64,000 nt of DNA from Candidatus Hermodarchaeota archaeon. GTDB lineage: Archaea > Asgardarchaeota > Lokiarchaeia > Sigyniarchaeales > SOKP01. This document shows, in pieces, positions 27,291 through 35,034 of this stretch (position 1 is the stretch's first letter; every line of letters begins with the position of its first letter). A model generated the notes under the pieces. That model had not been told where the DNA came from. It saw only the letters and a program-made list of their open reading frames with translations, and searched no databases. The DNA is taken from positions 163,105 to 227,104 of the forward strand of contig JBHLLG010000001.1 of assembly GCA_048885925.1 (NCBI GenBank). The letters are read 5' to 3'. The position numbers and the translations under genes are program-made.

Positions 27291-28775
27291 TTATCTTTTA
27301 GGGAATTTACCATGTTTTTGTAAGAATTCTCTGTATGAATTTACTTTATCTAAAACTACTCCTGCCAACTCTAAACTTTCAAAAACGGGAACATTACGAT
27401 TCAGAAGTTTCAATTTGAATTTATACCTACTTTTATATTCCTCAAAACCTTCATTAATTTTTAGCATGACACAATACATTGGTTTAGTACAAATTCTCTT
27501 CGCTTTGGATATATATCTTATAAACTCCCTATTAAGATCTAAATCTTTAAAACCCATTTCTTCTAGTATATCTTGAAAACTACCAAATCTTTCAGGATCT
27601 TTAATAAATACTATTGAGGATATATTTGGATCTTTGTCCAATGCCAAAATTGTTCTATAATAAATATTAGGTTGGATACCTGAACCTCCGAGATCTAAAG
27701 GATTTGTAAAATTGGTATTTACGTTAGGTAGAAATCTTTTCATCTTATTTATTGTTTTTTCTGTTAGACTTGGGATTTTTAAGTTGTATTTTTCAAGAAT
27801 ATCAATAGCTTCTATTGTGGATCCCCCTCCAATTCCAATAACTCCAACGGATCTTGTGTCTGGTAAATAAGTTAAATTAAAAGTTGAGGCTAATGCTGCG
27901 AGTTCATTTGAATTATTTACTATACAACTACCTGTTTGTTTAGCCACTGCAGTCCAAATAGCGTTATTGCCTGCAAGACCTCCTGTATGTGATAAAATTG
28001 CTTTTTTTGTTGCTTCTCCAAAACCTGCTCTCCATAAAATAACTGGTTTCCTATTCAAATTACACTGTTTTACCATTTTCATAAATTTTCTGCCTTCTTT
28101 CGTAGATCTTAAGTTTTCAATATATAATCCAATAATTCTTGTATAATCATCATTGAGAAAATATTCTAAGAATTCTGCTGGTGATAAATCTAAGGCGTTT
28201 CCAATAGATATAAACTTTGAAACATGAAGTCCATAAGAAACAACTAATTGTGATAAATTTTGGGCAATTCCACCTGATTGAAACACTCCTCCAAAATTCC
28301 CTGCTTTTCTGGATTGTTCTAATGCAAAATAGAGTCCCGCTTTGGGATTATAAATTCCTATACAATTAGGACCTATAATTCTTACGTTATATTTTTTTGC
28401 TACATTTAATAACTCTTTTTCCAGGGATTCATTCCCTACTTCGCGGAATCCAGATGCAAAAACTGTCGCAAAAGGTACTCCTTTTTGACCAACTTCTTCC
28501 ATTAATTGAGGACATAACCGAGCAGGAACAGCTAGTATTGCATAATCTATAGGTTCATTAATTTCAAGAATAGAACTATAAATTTTATATCCATATAATT
28601 CTTGTCCGCTTAAACGTGGATTAAACAAATAGATTGGACCCTTAAATCGATTTCTCATGCATCTGAGGAAAAAACCTCCGCTACCAGGATCACGACTCAC
28701 TCCAATTATTCCAATTGATTTAGGAAAAAATAATTTGTCAAAATTTATATTTTGAGGAGATTCTATAGTAGACAT
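27291..28775 (-). CDS. NDP-forming acyl-CoA synthetase (ACD) alpha subunit
   Basis: LFFPKSIGIIG, FASGFREVG, RIIGPNCIG, FQSGG, phospho-His SHTG, NPLDL. Confidence 0.85.
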   Translation of the reverse strand: MSTIESPQNINFDKLFFPKSIGIIGVSRDPGSGGFFLRCMRNRFKGPIYLFNPRLSGQELYGYKIYSSILEINEPIDYAILAVPARLCPQLMEEVGQKGVPFATVFASGFREVGNESLEKELLNVAKKYNVRIIGPNCIGIYNPKAGLYFALEQSRKAGNFGGVFQSGGIAQNLSQLVVSYGLHVSKFISIGNALDLSPAEFLEYFLNDDYTRIIGLYIENLRSTKEGRKFMKMVKQCNLNRKPVILWRAGFGEATKKAILSHTGGLAGNNAIWTAVAKQTGSCIVNNSNELAALASTFNLTYLPDTRSVGVIGIGGGSTIEAIDILEKYNLKIPSLTEKTINKMKRFLPNVNTNFTNPLDLGGSGIQPNIYYRTILALDKDPNISSIVFIKDPERFGSFQDILEEMGFKDLDLNREFIRYISKAKRICTKPMYCVMLKINEGFEEYKSRYKFKLKLLNRNVPVFESLELAGVVLDKVNSYREFLQKHGKFPKR

Positions 28776-28841
28776 ATGAAAATATATATAAAATAGATAA
28801 TTTAATTATATAGAATAATAGCTTTTGACTAAAATACTTTA

Positions 28842-29573
28842 TTAATAAGAATTACTCAAGACTTGATTTAATAAAGCAATATCATCAGTTATAATTCCAT
28901 CAACACCTAATGCTACTAATTTTCTCATAATTCTTTGTTCATTAATCGTCCAAGGAAAGACTTTTAAGTTTTTTTGATGAGCATAAGAAATAAATTGGGC
29001 GTCAACCAGATGATATTCGGGATTTATGGCATAGAATTTATTATTTATCGCCTTATCGATTAATTTCCTTCGAACATCCCATTTAATAAGTCCATCAGAA
29101 TGCAAATTCTCTAGTGCTGCTAGCTTTAAGTTTGGTTCTAAGTCTCTAAATTTAAACAGATATCTATGCACCATACAAGAAATAATTGTAGTATCAATAT
29201 AATTATATTCTTTCAAAAGATTTATTATTTTGTCCTCCATATTAGCAGCAGCAATGTGAAGTAATAAATTGATCTTATTATTTGCAAATTCGATGATTTC
29301 TCGAAAGGTTGGAATTCTTTCTCCCTCTCCAACATCTAATTTTTTTAGTTCTTTCAAAGTTTTGTTTTTTACTAATCCAGGTTCTGCTGTGATATTAAAG
29401 GTGTCTGGATCATGAAAGATAATAACTTCATTATCTTTAGACATTCTTAAATCAAGTTCGATGTAATCAGCTTTTAGTTCTAATGCCTTATTAAAAGCTT
29501 TAAGAGTATTTTCTGGTCCTGTTTTCTTCCCACCCGCATGTCCAATTATCAAAATTTCATTGTTATCATTCAT
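28842..29573 (-). CDS. Glycerophosphodiester phosphodiesterase (GDPD), divergent active site
   Basis: IIGHAGG, PENT, IELD, FHD, PWTIN, GVDGIITD. HRG is HAG and EIK is HIA. Confidence 0.85.
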   Translation of the reverse strand: MNDNNEILIIGHAGGKKTGPENTLKAFNKALELKADYIELDLRMSKDNEVIIFHDPDTFNITAEPGLVKNKTLKELKKLDVGEGERIPTFREIIEFANNKINLLLHIAAANMEDKIINLLKEYNYIDTTIISCMVHRYLFKFRDLEPNLKLAALENLHSDGLIKWDVRRKLIDKAINNKFYAINPEYHLVDAQFISYAHQKNLKVFPWTINEQRIMRKLVALGVDGIITDDIALLNQVLSNSY

Positions 29574-29596
29574 AAGAATTTTTTGAAAGTTGTTTT

Positions 29597-30340
29597 TTAT
29601 TTCTTTTTCATCTTTTTATTGAATAATTTTTTTGCTTTTGAAATACTATTTACAATTATGCCATCAACACCAATTTCTATCATTTTTATCATTGTTCTCA
29701 TTGTGTTAATTGTATAAGTAAATACTTTCAAATTGCGTTTATGAGAATATTCAATTAAATCCTTATCTACATTCTTATGTCGAGTAACAACTATCGGAAA
29801 ATTTAAAGTTATTACATCTTGAACCATTTTTTTTCTTTTATCCCATTCGGGGATAAAATTTTCATTAAATGGTACGATAGCTGCTAATTCTAAGTGTGGT
29901 TCAATTTTCCTCACTTCTAATAACTCATCAATTAGAAAGGACTGGATTATTGTAGTATCTATTACTTCTTCATCTTTTAAAAGATTTATTACTTTTTTTG
30001 AAATGCCCTGAGCTTTTATTTCACAAAGTAATTTTATTTTTCCCTTAGCAAGCTTTATTACTTCCCATAATTCAGGAACGCATTCCCCTTCTCCAAGATC
30101 CAGTTTTTTTAATTCTTTCAATTTCATTTGGTCTATAGAGCGATTAATACCCATTCTTCTAAGTATATCAATATTATGAATTACTACAAGCGCCCCATCT
30201 TGAGATTCATGTACATCAAATTCTATATAATCAGCACCCAGTTCAATAGCTTTTTTAAATCCTTTTAAAGAATTCTCAGGAGCTTCATCGTAAGCACCCC
30301 TATGTCCAATTATAAGTGGTTTCTTTACTTGTTGGCTCAA
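29597..30340 (-). CDS. Glycerophosphodiester phosphodiesterase (GDPD)
   Basis: IIGHRGA, PENS, IEFDV, CEIK, YTIN, GVDGII. Confidence 0.88.
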   Translation of the reverse strand: MSQQVKKPLIIGHRGAYDEAPENSLKGFKKAIELGADYIEFDVHESQDGALVVIHNIDILRRMGINRSIDQMKLKELKKLDLGEGECVPELWEVIKLAKGKIKLLCEIKAQGISKKVINLLKDEEVIDTTIIQSFLIDELLEVRKIEPHLELAAIVPFNENFIPEWDKRKKMVQDVITLNFPIVVTRHKNVDKDLIEYSHKRNLKVFTYTINTMRTMIKMIEIGVDGIIVNSISKAKKLFNKKMKKK

Positions 30341-30382
30341 ATTATATTGGCTCTCTAAATTGTTGAAATTAGAACTTCAAAT

Positions 30383-31117
30383 TTATTTAATTTGCATCAA
30401 ATAATTTTTTAACATTTGAATATCATTGGTAATGATACCATCAACTCCTAATCTTACTAATTCTTCCATCCTCGATTCTGAATTAACTGTCCATGGAAAA
30501 ACTTTTAAATTACTCTGATGAGCTTTACCAATAAATTTCTTATTAATAAGAAAGTGTATTGGATTAATAGCATAAAACCTATTATATTTTGCTTTTTTAA
30601 TCATTTTCTTTCTTGAAATCCAACTGCTTATCCACCCATACTTATTTGGGTTTAAAGCAGCCAATCTTACTTTTGGTTCGATTTTTTGAATTTTATTCAA
30701 AACATCATTTTTAAAGGAACTAATTATTATTGAGTCAAGAAGATCAGCATCTCGAAAGATATCAACCAATTCCTGTTCAATTCCTCTTACTTTTACTTCA
30801 CAGTTCAATCCTATTTTTCTTTTTGTTAATTTAATTAGCTCTTCTAATGTAGGTATTTTTTCTCCCGCTCCAAAGTCTAACTCTCTTAATTGTTCAAGAG
30901 TCATACTTCTTATTGATCCAAGTTTACCAGTGATGCGAATTAAACTATTATCATGAGAAATAACTATTTTATCATCTAGAGTTTTTCTAACATCAAATTC
31001 TATTATATCTGCTCCTAATTCAATTGCTTTTTGAAATGCTTGAAGTGTGTTTTCAGGCGCAATACTACTTGCACCTCTATGAGCAATGATTAAAACATCT
31101 TTGCTTTTGAAAAAAAT
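30383..31117 (-). CDS. Glycerophosphodiester phosphodiesterase (GDPD); true start upstream of the track call
   Basis: The frame extends 71 codons beyond ATG 30904 and contains IIAHRGASSIAPENT...IEFDV...SHD. There is no in-frame ATG/GTG/TTG; probable ATT start at 31117. Confidence 0.85.
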   Translation of the reverse strand: MFFKSKDVLIIAHRGASSIAPENTLQAFQKAIELGADIIEFDVRKTLDDKIVISHDNSLIRITGKLGSIRSMTLEQLRELDFGAGEKIPTLEELIKLTKRKIGLNCEVKVRGIEQELVDIFRDADLLDSIIISSFKNDVLNKIQKIEPKVRLAALNPNKYGWISSWISRKKMIKKAKYNRFYAINPIHFLINKKFIGKAHQSNLKVFPWTVNSESRMEELVRLGVDGIITNDIQMLKNYLMQIK

Positions 31118-31520
31118 ATTGATTCACATCTATTAGTCTATTTTTGATTTATTAATCATTAAATTATTAGTTTTTTAAAATAATTTTTTTTTATAATATA
31201 TTAAAAACGCTGAAGAGCTATTATTTACATAATATTTATTTAATTAAATATTCTTTTTATCAAATCTGGATTCTAAATTTTTATGAAATATCTGTTTGCT
31301 ATACATAATTAAGAGTTTACTTTTTATTTTTTTTTTAATAGTAAACTAATAATTTAAACTAGAAATTTAAATACGTATTAACGTAACATTTTTGTTAGTT
31401 ATGCGTTAAATTTATAAGTTGTATTTATTTTTTATATTTCTGATACAATTACCCGTAATAAACAATAAGTTTAAATAAAAAAAATTAGAAAAACATAAAA
31501 AGTGCGTAAACAATAAAACT

Positions 31521-31778
31521 ATGATGCGTTTCTGTCCGAACTGTGATAATATTTTAATCCCCAGAGATGGAAAATTATTCTGTAAAGCATGCGAAGTAGA
31601 ATTCAAATTGGACACTTCAAATCCAGAAGACTATACAATAAAAAAGTCAATCAAGCATGATGAGAAAGAAGCTGCTCCAATAATCATCAAAGAAGGTTTA
31701 AAAGGCGAAAAAATTTCCGCTCAAGATCGCAAGGCTTACGAAGAATTTTTTGGTAGTTCTGAAATGGATAGTTTTTAA
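31521..31778 (+). CDS. RpoM/TFS/Rpb9-like protein with only the N-terminal zinc ribbon
   Basis: MRFCPNCDNILIP...LFCKAC; no C-terminal TFIIS ribbon or RSADE motif. Confidence 0.7.
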   Translation: MMRFCPNCDNILIPRDGKLFCKACEVEFKLDTSNPEDYTIKKSIKHDEKEAAPIIIKEGLKGEKISAQDRKAYEEFFGSSEMDSF

Positions 31779-31792
31779 TGTTCTTATTAGGG

Positions 31793-31809
31793 GAGCTATA
31801 CGATAGCTC
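31793..31809. terminator. Short perfect hairpin/palindrome followed by T-rich sequence
   Basis: GAGCTAT-ACG-ATAGCTC, 14 nt after the stop of the RpoM-like gene. Confidence 0.3.
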
Positions 31810-31950
31810 ATTTATTCTTCCTATTTCTTGACTAATATTTTATTATCCAAATTTTAATTCTTAAGATTAAATCTTTAAATTGTTTGAGAAGTAATTAAAT
31901 TATAATTAGAAAAAAAATTTTAACAAATTAATACTACAAACTTTCTAAAT

Positions 31951-32352
31951 TTGATATATATGTCAGAAGAGAAAAAAAAGTTAAAAGGTTTCGCTGGAAT
32001 TGTGTCTAAGCAAATTGAACCTCTGAATCAAAATGAAAAATTTAAAGAGAAATTTAAAGATACAGAAGTAAAAGTATTGTTAAATGCAAAGGATGGAAAA
32101 TGGGCAGCTTTATTAATAATAGATAAAGGAAAGATTTACGTAGAAGGAATACAAAATTCACCTAAAGAGAATATTAAAAAGAAAAATGCTGGATGGGATG
32201 GGTTATTGGAGACTACGACACCTATGTTTCTAGAGCTTCTAGGAAGCGATAGTATCTCAATGGGAAAAGTTTTTCGAAAATGGTTGACAGGAAAAATAAA
32301 ATTTAGAGGATTAAAGCATGTATTAGTTTTACTTCAACTATTTGAATTATAA
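31951..32352 (+). CDS. SCP2 sterol/lipid-binding domain protein
   Basis: LLIIDKGKIYV...DGLLET...FLELLG...WLTGKIKFRG pattern typical of SCP2; probable ATG at 31960. Confidence 0.7.
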   Translation: MIYMSEEKKKLKGFAGIVSKQIEPLNQNEKFKEKFKDTEVKVLLNAKDGKWAALLIIDKGKIYVEGIQNSPKENIKKKNAGWDGLLETTTPMFLELLGSDSISMGKVFRKWLTGKIKFRGLKHVLVLLQLFEL

Positions 32353-32778
32353 TTTAAGATTAAATATATCCATTAAGGATATCATCCTTTCTTTTAATTT
32401 CTCATTATTATTTTCATCTTTTAAGGAATTGAGAATTACCTCTTTATCATTTTCTGATATGGAATCCTGAAACAAATCAAGAAATTCTCTTAAAAATATA
32501 ACTTTCTTATATGGATTTTTTTGTATTTTATTTAGAAAATCTTCAATTATAAGGTTAGATGATACTTTCTCCATTTCTTCTTTCGATTTGATTTGAGATT
32601 CCATTCCTATGAATTCTCGTAATATGGAATTTTTATTGATAATATTCTGAGTAATTTCTTTTAACATCTCATTTCTAGAGGGAATTGAGATATTTGTAAT
32701 ATAATCCATTATTTCAGAATTTTTTTTTTCAATAGATTCAATCATATCAAGAATTTTTTCCTTATTTCCTCTTTCCAT
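32347..32778 (-). CDS. Hypothetical helical protein
   Basis: 143-aa ORF filling the gap between SCP2 and RNase III; no motif recognised. Confidence 0.6.
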   Translation of the reverse strand: MERGNKEKILDMIESIEKKNSEIMDYITNISIPSRNEMLKEITQNIINKNSILREFIGMESQIKSKEEMEKVSSNLIIEDFLNKIQKNPYKKVIFLREFLDLFQDSISENDKEVILNSLKDENNNEKLKERMISLMDIFNLKL

Positions 32779-32838
32779 AATATATTAAATTTTAGTCTAA
32801 ATTTTTAAATTTAACTGAAAATAATTGTTATTTAGATT

Positions 32839-33579
32839 ATGTTTACGACTGAGAAAGAAAAACTGCATAAATTTCAAGAGTTCATTGGGTATGAGTTCAA
32901 AGATATATCCTTTTTAGAACAGGCTTTAACAACACCTCAATTGTCACATTTGAAAGGATCGAGAAATTATGAAGCCTTAGAAACTCTGGGTGATGCTGTT
33001 ATTAAGATTATTTTTATTTTAAAATTATATAAAAGAGGTATAACGGATCCAGGAGAAATTACAAAAATTAAAGCACTTCTCGAGAGTGATAAAAAATTCA
33101 AAAGAGTTGCGAAAAAAATTAATTTAGAAGAATACATCTTTAAAACAGAAAAGCAAAAAATAAAGGGTACTCGAATTCCTGCTGATATTTTTGAAGCTTT
33201 ATGTGGAGCTCTATTTCTTGATTCTAATCTAGACTTAAGTTTAGTAGAACATAAAATGATTGATCCTTTCTATGATGATTTAAATTCTATCATTGATGAT
33301 TCTATAATTTCAAGTAAAAATCTGTTATTAGAGTATTTACAGAAAAAATTCAAGACCAATATCGTGATTAAATTAGATTATGAAAAAAAAGGTCTTGAGC
33401 ATGAATTGATATGGGTCGCTAAAAATCCCAAAATCTTAGAAAAAATTAATCAAAAAGAAATAGTAAAATTACCTAAAAGGCTGAAGTCCACTAGATTTAC
33501 TAATAAAAAAGATGCAGATAAAGATATTTATGCAAAAATATTAGATTTTTTAATAAATAACCAAAACAACGATTCTTAA
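32839..33579 (+). CDS. rnc: Ribonuclease III family protein with degenerate dsRNA-binding domain
   Basis: IGYEF...EQALT, NYEALETLGDAV, ADIFEALCGALFLD (all four acidic residues), C-terminal SKNLLLEYLQK...KKDADK. Confidence 0.8.
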   Translation: MFTTEKEKLHKFQEFIGYEFKDISFLEQALTTPQLSHLKGSRNYEALETLGDAVIKIIFILKLYKRGITDPGEITKIKALLESDKKFKRVAKKINLEEYIFKTEKQKIKGTRIPADIFEALCGALFLDSNLDLSLVEHKMIDPFYDDLNSIIDDSIISSKNLLLEYLQKKFKTNIVIKLDYEKKGLEHELIWVAKNPKILEKINQKEIVKLPKRLKSTRFTNKKDADKDIYAKILDFLINNQNNDS

Positions 33580-33820
33580 AATGCTTATTTACTTTTTTAT
33601 TACCATTTCTAATTTATGTACAAAATAATGAAGTAGTTTGATTGTTCTAATAAATTAGAAACTAAATTTTTTAAAAATTATCTAAATTTCATTAATTGAA
33701 TCAAATTAATGATCTGAAAAAGTTTATTTTACCATCTTGATATATTAAAATAAAAAATTCCTTAAAAAATATCAATAGATGTTTAAAAGAAAGAAAAAAA
33801 GAGAGTAGAGGGAATTTAAA

Positions 33821-34999
33821 ATGTCCAAATCGCCAATAATAAAAAAAACACCAGAAATGGAAGATTATGAAGAAGCAACGGGAAAATTAGCAATATGGAA
33901 AGGAGAGATTTCAAAAGATTTTAAAAAATGGGTGAAAAAGAAAGAACAGGAAAAAATTAAGCAAGAAAAAAATGCTATACTTACTCAATCGAGGAGTGAA
34001 AAGAAAAAGATGAAGATAGAATCTCTTGATGGGAAGATAATCGGAAAGGATTACGAACATCTAATTGTAGTTGACGGTCTTCACAAAACCTATCTACTTG
34101 GGACTACTGCAGTCGCAGCTTTGCGAGGCGTTGATTTAACAATCGATTCAGGAGATTTCGTAGACATTATGGGTCCATCAGGATCTGGGAAAACAACTTT
34201 ATTAAACTTGATTGGTGGATTAGACACCCCAACTCGGGGAAAGATCTTTTTAGAGGGGCGTAATATCTCAATGCTTTCAGATAATGATTTAGCAGAAATA
34301 AGACGTGAAAGAATCGGATTTGTTTTTCAATTCTATAATCTTCTCCCACAAATGACAGCTATGGAGAATGTGATGGTCCCATTACATTTTTCAGGGAAAT
34401 TAAGTCGGCGAGGTAAAAGAAAGAAAGCAATGGATCTTTTACGATTAGTTGGACTAGATGAAAGAGCACATCATACCCCTTCTGAATTGAGTGGAGGCGA
34501 ACAACAAAGGGTTGCCATTGCAAGAGCTTTTGCGAATGATCCCGCAATTTGTGTGTTGGATGAACCAACGGGTGATTTGGACTCAAAAACAGGCGTAATG
34601 ATCTTAAACCTTCTTCGAGATCTAAATAAACGTGGTGCTACATTCGTTGCAGTAAGCCATGATGCAGCAGTTTCTGAATTTGCTACTCGAGTATTCCATA
34701 TGAGAGATGGAAAACTAACCCATGAAGGAAAAGTGGGTGGATTAAAAGAAACCGATATTATGCAACTAAAACGAAAACAAGAGACTGAAATAAATAAGGA
34801 GAAGTGCAAAAGTAAGATTTTTCAATACCTTTACGCAAATCAAGGCAAAAATGAGATTCCAATAAATGAAATAAGAAATAATGTTCCTTCTTCTATAGTT
34901 ATAAATTTACCAGAACATTTTAATGATGTTCTACAGGAGTTAATTGAAGAGAATAATCTTTTGGGTAAAATTGAGGGAGATTTATTAATTCTAAATTAA
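33821..34999 (+). CDS. ABC ATPase, LolD/MacB (type VII) family, with N- and C-terminal extensions
   Basis: GPSGSGKT, GFVFQFYNL, LSGGEQQRVAIARA, LDEPTG, VSHD. Confidence 0.92.
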   Translation: MSKSPIIKKTPEMEDYEEATGKLAIWKGEISKDFKKWVKKKEQEKIKQEKNAILTQSRSEKKKMKIESLDGKIIGKDYEHLIVVDGLHKTYLLGTTAVAALRGVDLTIDSGDFVDIMGPSGSGKTTLLNLIGGLDTPTRGKIFLEGRNISMLSDNDLAEIRRERIGFVFQFYNLLPQMTAMENVMVPLHFSGKLSRRGKRKKAMDLLRLVGLDERAHHTPSELSGGEQQRVAIARAFANDPAICVLDEPTGDLDSKTGVMILNLLRDLNKRGATFVAVSHDAAVSEFATRVFHMRDGKLTHEGKVGGLKETDIMQLKRKQETEINKEKCKSKIFQYLYANQGKNEIPINEIRNNVPSSIVINLPEHFNDVLQELIEENNLLGKIEGDLLILN

Positions 35000-35034
35000 A
35001 AAATGTAAACTAAAATCGAATATATATTAGCCAT

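Noticed and set aside
31124-31129. ATG-TGA as Met-Sec start of the third GDPD
   Set aside because: Sec at residue 2 of a GDPD has no precedent I know of, no SECIS was recognised, and the same TAGATGTG precedes rubrerythrin as a plain SD. Kept only as a minor alternative.
31131-31520. Long AT-rich spacer as a replication origin
   Set aside because: No ORB-like repeats with G-strings and no adjacent orc1/cdc6 gene.
32347-32352. Convergent genes whose stop codons overlap in palindromic TTATAA
   Set aside because: A common consequence of compact AT-rich genomes; no sign of function.
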